Shown piece after piece: positions 10,673 through 20,732 of a stretch of DNA of 64,000 bases. This stretch comes from Phyllobates terribilis (lineage: Eukaryota). The stretch spans positions 358,794,001 to 358,858,000 of the forward strand of contig NW_027362769.1 in NCBI RefSeq assembly GCF_046119375.1, written 5' to 3'. Below the pieces are notes generated by a model, which was not told where the DNA came from, searched no databases, and saw only the letters and a list, made by a program, of their open reading frames with translations. Both the position numbers and the translations under genes were made by a program. Every line of letters starts with the position of its first letter. Within the stretch, counting starts at the first letter, position 1.

Positions 10673-11561
10673 GACCTCTCCTGGCAGGTACGGATCCGGT
10701 GCTCCTTACTGCCACAGTAGAAGCAGCTCCCTGGTCGACCTGCATAGGCTCAGGAGAGTGTACCTGGGGAGAAACGGAGGGAGTGACGGGTTTCTGAAAA
10801 GTAGGAGCTAGACGTGGAAACCTCCTCTCACGGGTGACCTCTTTGGCACGCTCCTGGAACCGTAGGTCAATCCGGGTGGCAAGGGTTATTAAGTCATCGA
10901 GAGTGGTTGGAATGTCCCGACCGGCGAGTTCATCTTTAATACGGCCGGACAGACCCTCCCAGAAGACAGATACCAGAGCGTCGTTATCCCAAGCCAGCTC
11001 CGAGGCAAGGGTACGGAACCGTATGGCATATTGGCCCACGGTGAGATTTCGCTGGTGGAGGCGTAGCAGAGATGATGCGGATGAGGTCTTCCGTCCGGGT
11101 TCGTCGAAGACTTTCCGGAAAGCCGTGAGAAAGGCAGGCAAATCGGACACCAGGGGGTCTCCTCTCTCCCAAAGAGGATTTAGCCAGGCCAGGGCCTCCC
11201 CGGTGAGATGGGACATGATGAAGGCAATTTTGGCCCGGTCGGAGTTAAACTGGTGGGACAGGAGTTCAAAGTGCAGGGTGCACTGATTTATGAAGCCCCG
11301 AGCCTGAGCGGAGTCGCCTCCGAAGCGAGGAGGTGCAGAAAGCCGGGGTCCGGGGTAGGATACCATGGTATTGGTGGGCAGCGGAGCTGCCGGGTTGCGA
11401 GTCATGGCACTGGCGGTGGTTGCTGGTGGAGCAGTCAGAGTGTCCAGACGAGAATTGACATTCCGCAGGTGACCCAGGATGGACTCCTGTTGGGACCTCT
11501 GACGGGACAGTTCATGACAGAGGTCCGAGAGCGAGGGAGCTTGGGTGCCACCGGGTTCCAT
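10620..11561 (-). CDS. gag: Element A Gag (capsid), frameshifted upstream of the zinc knuckle
   Basis: PPRFGGD..FINQC..F..QF..D.AKI.FIMSHLTGEALAW capsid motif. The CFYCGSKEHRIRTC knuckle lies in a different frame after EPMQVD. Confidence 0.9.
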   Translation of the reverse strand: MEPGGTQAPSLSDLCHELSRQRSQQESILGHLRNVNSRLDTLTAPPATTASAMTRNPAAPLPTNTMVSYPGPRLSAPPRFGGDSAQARGFINQCTLHFELLSHQFNSDRAKIAFIMSHLTGEALAWLNPLWERGDPLVSDLPAFLTAFRKVFDEPGRKTSSASSLLRLHQRNLTVGQYAIRFRTLASELAWDNDALVSVFWEGLSGRIKDELAGRDIPTTLDDLITLATRIDLRFQERAKEVTRERRFPRLAPTFQKPVTPSVSPQVHSPEPMQVDQGAASTVAVRSTGSVPARRGRETPVSRFAQRGPPRQE

Positions 11562-11574
11562 GGCCCGAGCAAAC

Positions 11575-12708
11575 TGTAACGGGTCTGGTAGGCGGAACCT
11601 CTGAGCTACTATACAAGGGGGCGGTCCTTGTAAGGGAGCGGGTGGCGACCAGGGAAGACGGGCAGGCAGTCACAGCAGGTGACCGGGACAGTCTCTGGGT
11701 GAACGGGCAGGAGGTCACGGCAAGTGACCGGGACAGTCTCTGGGTAAACGGGCAGGAGGTCACAGCAAGTGACTGGGGCAGTCTCTGGGTGAACGGGCAG
11801 GAGGTCACAGCAAGTGACCGGGGCAGTCTCTGGGTGGACGGGCAGGAGGTCACAGCAAGTGACCGGGACAGTCTCTGGGTATAGGGTAGGTACGACCTGT
11901 GACGGCTGAGCCTCCAGGTAGGCTAGCAGGCGGATGACAGATGAGTGCTCCCAGGTGAGCAGGCGAGAGTCTCTGGAAAAGCAGGTGGTCACAGCACGTG
12001 ACGGCAGAGCCTCCAGGTAGGCAAGCAGGCAGGTAGCGGAGGAGCGCTCCCAGGTGAGCGGGCAAGAGTCTCTGGAATAGCAGGTGGTCACAGCACGTGA
12101 CGGCGGAGCCTCCAGGTAGGCAAGCAGGCAGGTAGCGGAGGAGCGCTCCCAGGTGAGCGGGCAAGAGTCTCTGGAATAGCAGGTGGTCACAGCACGTGAC
12201 GGCGGAGCCTCCAGGTAGGCTAGCAGGCAGGTAGCAGAGGAGCGCTCCCAGGTGAGCGGGCAAGCTGGTCCATAGACAGACTGACAGGAGTAGGAAGGCA
12301 GACCGTCGGACCTCAGGCTAGCAAGCAGGTAGCAGGAATATCAGGCAGGAAACAGACAGCAAACTGGCAGGACTCTGGCAGGAATCAGGCAGGTAACTGG
12401 CAGGTAACTGGCAACGGGACCTGAGGGCTGAAGCAGAGTAGTGAACAGTGCAACAACATTGCTCGGGTACCTCCATTTTGGAGGAGGTGCCTTATATATG
12501 GTGAAGTCCTCCGGCCATTGGCCGGGGACTCCTTAGGACGGCGCGCGCGGCCCCTCTAAGAGGGAGGGAGCGCGCGCGCGCCCTAAGCACAGTGGCCGGG
12601 AAGGAGCGCGCGCTGCCAGCAGAGCGGGAGGAGGACGCCGGGCTCGGAGCAGAGAGGTGAGGGGAACAGCGTCCCTGCCTAGCAGAGGGCAGGGACGCCG
12701 ACGCTACA
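11575..12708 (-). repeat. Element A 5' LTR (TATATAAG at 12498-12491)
   Basis: TG..CA termini; adjacent PBS-like sequence at 11564-11572. Confidence 0.97.
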
Positions 12709-12869
12709 AAAGGTTTATATACACAAAGATTACTATGCCTTTAAACAATTCTGGACTGCCCATATGATGATGTCATGTGTTTGGAAGCTTCTGATAGGTT
12801 TTTGGCAACATCTCAGTTAATTAGAGACACACCTGTGGGTGTATTTTAATGCACACCTAAAACACACTG

Positions 12870-14812
12870 TGTTACGCTCGCGCCCGGACTAACTGGCGTG
12901 AGCATGATTAGTGATCCCACTGTACCATGAACTGGGGAGTGCCTGGAGGGGCGTAACTAAGTATCTACCCGATCCGACCAAGGTCGCACGGCGGCTAACG
13001 ACTCCGTGAAATAAGGAGGAACCGAGCAGAGGGACCAGGTGCGACTCCAGGTCAGACCCCGGTCACAGTTGTTGACCCACACCGGGGAATGCAGGAACAG
13101 GCAGGTAGGCTGGCACACAGGCAGGTGGGTATTGGCAAGTACGGCTGGTATGCTAGCAGGTGGGCACTGGCAAGCACGGCTGGTATGTAGGCAGGAGGGG
13201 GTACTGGCCGGCTCGGCTGGAGTGCCAACAGGGAGGCACTAGCAGGTTGGAGCGCAGACTGGATAGAGGCCAGTACAGACTGGGAGACAGGAACAAAGCC
13301 GCATTAGCCGTAGACAGGCAAAGCAGAAAGGAACCGCCGGAGCGGTGGACTAGACAGAGCAAAGGGGAACCGCCGAAGCGGTGAGCAAGCAGAGCAGAAC
13401 TAAACTGCAGATGCGGCGAACAAGGCAGAGCAGAAAGGAACCGCCGGAGCGGTAACAAGATGAGCAAAGCAAAACCCGCAGATGCGGTAGACAAGCTAAG
13501 CAGAGCAAAACCTGCAGATGCGGTAGACAAGCTTGAGCAGAGCAAAACCCGCAGATGCGGTAGACAAGCTGAGCAGAGCAAAACCCGCAGATGCGGTAGA
13601 AAAGCTGAGCAGAGCAAAACCGCAGACGCGGTAGACTAGCTGAGCAGAGCAAAACTGCAGATGCGGTAGACAAGCTTGAGCAGAGCAAAACCCGCAGATG
13701 CGGTAGACAAGCTGAGCAGAGCAAAACCCGCAGATGCGGTAGACAAGCTGAGCAGAGCAAAACTCGCAGATGCGGTAGACAAGCTGAGCAGAGCAAAACC
13801 GCAGACGCGGTAGACTAGCTGAGCAGAGCAAAACCGCAGGTGCGGAGAACAAGCAGAGCAGAGCAAAACCGCAGGCGCGGAGAACAAGCAGAGCGAAGCA
13901 AAACCGCAATCGCGGTGAACAAGTAGAGCGAAGCAAAGCCACAGGTGTGGAGAACAAGCAGAGAGGAGCAAAAACCGCAAGCTCGGTGAACAGACAAAGC
14001 GGAGCAGAACCGCAAGCGCGGTGGACAAAATAGAGCAGAGCAGGACTGACAGTGCAAGCAGAAAGGCCTGGGCTCTGTTCACATGGCACAGATAAGAAAA
14101 TACAGTAAAATGGCTAGAACACAGAAGGGAGATACAGAGGAAGGGAAAAGAGACAAACAGAACCAGATACACACAAGGTACTTACAATGAAGTAGCGAGT
14201 GGACACAAAACTCACAAACAGAAGTACAGAGACAACAAATTGGAGCTAGGTGCAGGTTCAGACAATGCAGGAAAGGGAGGGTACGGACATAGAAACAAAA
14301 CAGGTAACAGGCTAAGGTACAGTTCAGACAGGAACTGCTACTGCAAGAAATACAGGAGCGAGTCTGGGTATACGGCCCCCAGAATGGCGGACTGACAGGC
14401 TAGGGTACAGTTCAGACAGGAACTGCTACTGCAAGGGATAAATGAACCAGTCTGGGAATACAGTCCCCAGAGTGGCAGAAACAGACTAGAAGACAGAGGT
14501 AACAGGACAGGACCTGGCAATACAGAATGCAAAGACAAACTGAGTGAAGATGTTGCTCAGGCGCCTCCTACTGGGTGAAGGGGGTTTAAATATCCAGGGA
14601 CTCACAGCAATAGGCAGGAGACATATTAGGGGTGTGCCCACAGCAGCTATAAGAAGCAGGAAGTAACCGGGCCGCCGCCCTAAGCAGTCAGACCAGAGCA
14701 TGAACACAGTAAGAACAGGAGCACGGCTTACAAACTGGACTGAAGGCTAAGATTGCGATCTTGCATAGTGGGAGATGGTGCACTATGCAAGTACGCCGCC
14801 AGGTATGTTACA
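12870..14812 (-). repeat. Element B LTR-1 (1943 bp) with 36-bp minisatellite
   Basis: TGTTACGCTCG..TATGTTACA termini; GCAGATGCGGTAGACAAGCTGAGCAGAGCAAAACCC repeats. Confidence 0.95.
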
Positions 14813-16616
14813 GTACCCCCCCCCCCTTACGCCCCAATTTCTTCAAGCCTGCAAGGGTCATCTGTAGAGAATTAGGAGGCCAATCCTTCTCTTCAAGAGG
14901 ATTACTTCTTCTGTCCACTAGAGGAAACGAAACTGGTCTCATCATCTTGGTGACTAGGATGCTTCCTCCCATCGAGCCATCCTCACTAACAGATGAAGTG
15001 GGAGAAGTACCAGTAACAGCACAAAGGAAAGTCTCTCTCCATTTGTTATCAGGAAGCACCCTGGTGGATTCAGGAGACAACTGGAGGTCCTCTGCCTGGT
15101 TGGAGGGGTGCAGAGACTCGGGGGTTACCACCGCCATGACATACACTTTGCCAAGCTTACTGGAAGAGATGGGCGTCGTACCAGGTACCGGGTGTAGAGA
15201 AGTCTCTCTCCGTTTATCAGGTAGCACCCCGGGGAATTCAGGAGGCAACTGGGGTTCCTCCGCCTAGTTGGAGGGCGGCAGAGACTTGGAGGTAGGTGCC
15301 GCCTTTATGGACTTGAGACCAGATTTATTAGAGATGGAGGGTCCTGGCTTTGGGACCATCTTCAATCTGGTTTCAGGGATGACATGTCTGTGAGGCGGGG
15401 CGGTACCTGAAGCCAGATCATTGGTACAATCGTCGAGACTGTGTGGGGACATCGCCTCCGCTTCTCTTCCTTTGGAGACTTCAGCGCACAGCGAGTCAGC
15501 GACTAGCAGATCTGGTGAAGAAGAAACTGCTGACTGTCCTGAAGATATGGGGACTGGACACCCCTTGTACTTTAGCAGTCCCCCAGGATACACCATGCAG
15601 GATCTCCAGATCTGAGCGGGTACTAGAAGTCTCCGTTCCGGACGACCTGTGGGTAAGCCAGTCAGCACCTGGAATGTGAACTTCTTCATGAGTAATGCTC
15701 CAATCTGGAGCTTAATTTGTACAGACATATTTTGACTGTTTTTGAGTAGGGCTCGTCCTTCAGCTGACAATGCCCAAACCGGCTTCTGAAGTTGTCGGAC
15801 GGGAATCAGACACCGACTCTTCAAGGTTTTAAGCCCGAAACTTCCGGTTAATCCGAGGCCTTCACTTGCCACGGAGACAGTCATGGTCATCTGTGGAGAG
15901 GAAACACTAACACCAAGGGCAGCCTCTCCTACAGGCCTAATGTCTAGGGATTCTCCAACCTTCACTGGACAAAGACCGTCAGGGGGTCCCAAACAACCGC
16001 AGCGGGACCGCAATCCGATTTTGTGACTGAGTTCTGGCTTCTGCTTTGCCTGACGAACATAGTCATCCTTCATGGATTCTGTGCGGAAAACTGCCTCTAC
16101 AGGCTGGGATACAGGAGGTCTTTGGGAGGACAGAACCTGGCGTGACGGTTTACCTCTACGCCTTGCTCGTCTGGACTGCCTCTTGAGGTTGGGAAGAGAA
16201 GTATTCTGTGGAGCATAGTCATCCTGTCTGGATTCTGGGTGGGCAGCAGTCTCTTCGGGCAGGAGGACTGGTAGGCTGCCTACACACATTACCCATCGGG
16301 GCTGCTCCGGGATATTGGGAAGGGAAGCTTTAGCAGAGGCTTCAGGGTTAGGGTCATCGAAGACCATTAGAAAGGCCACCAGGAAGGCCTGCGGGTCAAA
16401 GACGATAGGATCCCATGCTTCCCATAGGGGGGTGATCCATTTCAAGGCATCACTCGCTAGGTAGGACATCATAAATGCCAATTTAACATGATCGGTAGGA
16501 AAATAGTGAGCATAGAACTTGAAATGCAGCATGCATTGCTCCACAAACGCACGGCTTCGTTTTGGTTCCCCATAGTACCGTGGTGGATCCGCAGGAACAA
16601 GTGCTGATAGGTCCAT
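14808..16616 (-). CDS. Element B copy 1: Gag-capsid/degenerate-protease/repeat ORF (450 aa, then TAG, then an in-frame extension)
   Basis: N-terminal PPRYYGEP..FVEQC..HF..D.VK.AFMMSYL..DAL.W capsid motif. IKLQIGALL..FTFQVLTGL aligns with the element A protease C-terminus. ORFs 15264-16616 and 14808-15248 share one frame. Confidence 0.8.
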
Positions 16617-16758
16617 TTGGGCTGGTGCCTAAATCACCTGGGCCATAGCTTGAGAAAAAAAAAAATTTCTTGGTATACGTATTCGCCAGACAAGGATTCA
16701 AAATGTCTCTGAGAGCGAAAGGCTGTGGGGCTCAACGGGAACCATGGCCTGAGCAAAC

Positions 16759-18557
16759 TGTTACGCTCGCGCCCGGACTAACTGGCATGAGCATGATTAG
16801 TGATCCCACTGTACCATGAACCGGGGAGTGCCTGGAGGGGCGTAACTAAGTATCTACCCGATCCGACCAAGGTCGCACGGCGGCTAACGACTCCGTGAAC
16901 CAAGGAGGAACCGAGCAGAGGGACCAGGTGCGACTCCAGGTCAGACCCCGGTCACAGTTGTTGACCCACACCGGGGAATGCAGGAACAGGCAGGTAGGCT
17001 GGCACACAGGCAGGTGGGTATTGGCAAGTACGGCTGGTATGCTGGCAGGTGGGCACTGGCAAGTACGGCTGGTATGTAGACAGGAGGGGGTACTGGCCGG
17101 CACGGCTGGAGTGCCAACAGGGAGGCACTAGCAGGTTGGAGCGCAGACTGGATAGAGGCCAGTACAGACTGGGAGACAGGAACAAAGCCGCATTAGTGGT
17201 AGACAGGCAAAGCAGAAAGGAACCGCCGGAGTGGTGGACTAGACAGAGCAAAGGGGAACCGCCGAAGCGGTGAGCAAGCAGAGCAGAACTAAACCGCAGA
17301 TGCGGCGAACAAGGCAGAGCAGAAAGGAACCGCCGGAGCGGTAACAAGCTGAGCAAAGCAAAACCCGCAGATGCGGTAGATAAGCTAAGCAGAGCAAAAC
17401 CTGCAGATGCGGTAGACAAGCTTGAGCAGAGCAAAACCCGCAGATGCGGTAGACAAGCTGAGCAGAGCAAAACCCGCAGATGCGGTAGACAAGCTGAGCA
17501 GAGCAAAACTCGCAGATGCGGAGACAAGCTGAGCAGAGCAAAACCGCAGACGCGGTAGACTAGCTGAGCAGAGCAAAACCGCAGGTGCGGAGAACAAGCA
17601 GAGCAGAGCAAAACCGCAGGCACGGAGAACAAGCAGAGCGAAGCAAAACCGCAATCGCGGTGAACAAGTAGAGCGAAGCAAAGCCACAGGTGTGGAGAAC
17701 AAGCAGAGAGGAGCAAAAACCGCAAGCTCGGTGAACAGACAAAGCGGAGCAGAACCGCAAGCGCGGTGGACAAAATAGAGCAGAACAGGACTGACAGTGC
17801 AAGCAGAAAGGCCTGGGCTCTGTTCACATGGAACAGATAAGAAAATACAGTAAAATGGCTAGAACACAGAAGGGAGATACAGAGGAAGGGAAAAGAGACA
17901 AACAGAACCAGATACACACAAGGTACTTACAATGAAGTAGCGAGTGGACACAAAACTCACAAACAGAAGTACAGAGACAACAAATTGGTGCTAGGTGCAG
18001 GTTCAGACAATGCAGGAAAGGGAGGGTACGGACATAGAAACAAAACAGGTAACAGGCTAAAGTACAGTTCAGACAGGAACTGCTACTGCAAGAAATACAG
18101 GAGCGAGTCTGGGTATACGGCCCCCAGAATGGCGGACTGACAGGCTAGGGTACAGTTCAGACAGGAACTGCTACTGCAAGGGATAAATGAACCAGTCTGG
18201 GAATACAGTCCCCAGAGTGGCAGAAACAGACTAGAAGACAGAGGTAACAGGACAGGACCTGGCAATACAGAAAGCAAAGACAAACTGAGTGAAGGTGTTG
18301 CTCAGGCGCCTCCTACTGGGTGAAGGGGGTTTAAATATCCAGGGACTCACAGCAATAGGCAGGAGACGCATTAGGGGTGCGCCCACAGCAGCTATAAGAA
18401 GCAGGAAGTAACCAGGCCGCCGCCCTAAGCAGTCAGACCAGAGCATGAACACAGTAAGAACAGGAGCACGGCTTACAAACTGGACTGAAGGCTAAGATTG
18501 CGATCTTGCATAGTGGGAGATGGTGCACTATGCAAGTACGCCGCCAGGTATGTTACA
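16759..18557 (-). repeat. Element B LTR-2 (1799 bp, shared middle LTR)
   Basis: Same termini as LTR-1; 144 bp (4 x 36) shorter. Confidence 0.95.
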
Positions 18558-20358
18558 GTACCCCCCCCTTACGTCCCAATTTCTTCAAGCCTGCAAGGGT
18601 CATCTGTAGAGAATTAGGAGGCCAATCCTTCTCTTCAAGAGGATTACTTCTTCTGTCCACTAGAGGAAACGAAACTGGTCTCATCATCTTGGTGACTAGG
18701 ATGCTTCCTCCCATTGAGCCATCCTCAGTAACAGATGAAGTGGGAGAAGTACCAGGAACAGCACAAAGGAAAGTCTCTCTCCATTTGTTATCAGGAAGCA
18801 CCCTGGTGGATTCAGGAGACAACTGGAGGTCCTCTGCCTGGTTGGAGGGGTGCAGAGACTCGGGGGTTACCACCGCCATGACATACACTTTGCCAAGCTT
18901 ACTGGAAGAGATGGGCGGCGTACCAGGTAACGGGTGTAGAGAAGTCTCTCTCCATTTATCAGGTAGCACTCCGGGGAATTCAGGAGGCAACTGGGGTTCC
19001 TCCGCCTAGTTGGAGGGCGGCAGAGACTTGGAGGTAGGTGCCGCCTTTATGGACTTGAGACCAGATTTATTAGAGATGGAGGGTCCTGGCTTTGGGACCA
19101 TCTTCAATCTGGTTTCAGGGATGACATGTCTGTGAGGCGGGGCGGTACCTGAAGCCAGATCATTGGTACAATCGTCGAGACTGTGTGGGGACATCGCCTC
19201 CGCTTCTCTTCCTTCGGAGACTTCAGCGCACAGCGAGTCAGCGACTAGCAGATCTGGTGAAGAAGAAACTGCTGACTGTCCTGAAGATATGGGGACTGGA
19301 CCCCCCTTGTACCTTAGCAGTCCCCCAGGATACATCATGCAGGATCTCCAGACCTGAGCGGGTACTAGAAGTCTCGGCTCCGGACGACCTGTGGGTAAGA
19401 CAGTCAGCACCTGGAATGTGAACTTCTTCATGAGTAATGCTCCAATCTGGAGCTTAATTTGTACAGACATATTTTGACTGTTTTTGAGTAGGGCTCGTCC
19501 TTCAGCTGACAATGCCCAAACCGGCTTCTGAAGTTGTCGGACGGGAATCAGACACCGACTCTTCAAGGTTTTAAGCCCGAAACTTCCGGTTAATCCGAGG
19601 CCTTCACTTGCCACGGAGACAGTCATGGTCATCTGTGGAGAGGAAACACTAACACCAAGGGCAGCCTCTCCTACAGGCCTAATGTCTAGGGATTCTCCAA
19701 CCTTCGCTGGACAAAGACCGTCAGGGGGTCCCAAACAACCGCAGCTTGACCGCAATCCGATTTTGTGACTGAGTTCTGGCTTCTGCTTTGCCTGACGAAC
19801 ATAGTCATCCTTCATGGATTCTGTGCGGAAAACTGCCTCTACAGGCTGGGATACAGGAGGTCTTTGGGAGGACAGAACCTGGCGTGACGGTTTACCTCTA
19901 CGCCTTGCACGTCTGGACTGCCTCTTGAGGTTGGGAAGAGAAGTATTCTGTGGAGCATAGTCATCCTGTGTGGATTCTGGGTGGGCAGCAGTCTCTTCGG
20001 GCAGGAGGACTGGTAGGCTGCCTACACACATTACCCATCGGGGCTGCTCCGGGATATTGGGAAGGGAAGCTTTAGCAGAGGCTTCAGGGTTAGGGTAATC
20101 GAAGACCATTAGAAAGGCCACCAGGAAGGCCTGCAGGTCAAAGACGATAGGATCCCATGCTTCCCATAGGGGGGTGATCCATTTCAAGGCATCACTCGCT
20201 AGGTAGGACATCATAAATGCCACTTTAACCTGATCGGTAGGAAAATAGTGAGCATAGAACTTGAAATGCAGCATGCATTGCTCCACAAACGCACGGCTTC
20301 GTTTTGGATCCCCATAGTACCGTGGTGGATCCGCAGGAACAAGTGCTGATAGATCCAT
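18553..20358 (-). CDS. Element B copy 2 of the Gag/dead-protease fusion ORF
   Basis: 450 aa, about 15 aa differences from copy 1, same in-frame TAG at 19006-19008. Confidence 0.8.
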
Positions 20359-20732
20359 TTGGGCTGGTGCCTAAATCACCTGGGCCATAGCTTGAGAAAA
20401 AAAACATTTTCTTGGTGTACGTATTCGCCAGACAAGGATTCAAAATGTCTCTGAGAGCGAAAGGCTGTGGGGCTCAACGGGAACCATGGCCTGAGCAAAC
20501 TGTTACGCTCGCGCCCGGACTAACTGGCGTGAGCATGATTAGTGATCCCACTGTACCATGAACCGGGGAGTGCCTGGAGGGGCGTAACTAAGTATCTACC
20601 CGATCCGACCAAGGTCGCACGGCGGCTAACGACTCCGTGAACCAAGGAGGAACCGAGCAGAGGGACCAGGTGCGACTCCAGGTCAGACCCCGGTCACAGT
20701 TGTTGACCCACACCGGGGAATGCAGGAACAGG

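Larger units (their letters stand above)
6270..12708 (-). mobile_element. Element A: Ty3/Gypsy chromovirus (sushi/Tf-like) LTR retrotransposon
   Basis: 1134-bp TG..CA LTRs, AAAGG TSD (6265-6269 and 12709-12713), PPT at 7404-7417, gag plus PR-RT-RH-IN-chromodomain. Confidence 0.98.

Noticed and set aside
11555-11574. tRNA primer-binding site
   Set aside because: There is no TGG start complementary to a tRNA CCA end after any of the 5' LTRs; self-complementarity to the LTR explains the site better.
13039-14707. Cys/Leu-rich ORFs in element B LTRs (repeated at 16846-18452 and 25579-26825)
   Set aside because: They are translations of the 36-bp minisatellite and LTR sequence; the frames differ between LTR copies.
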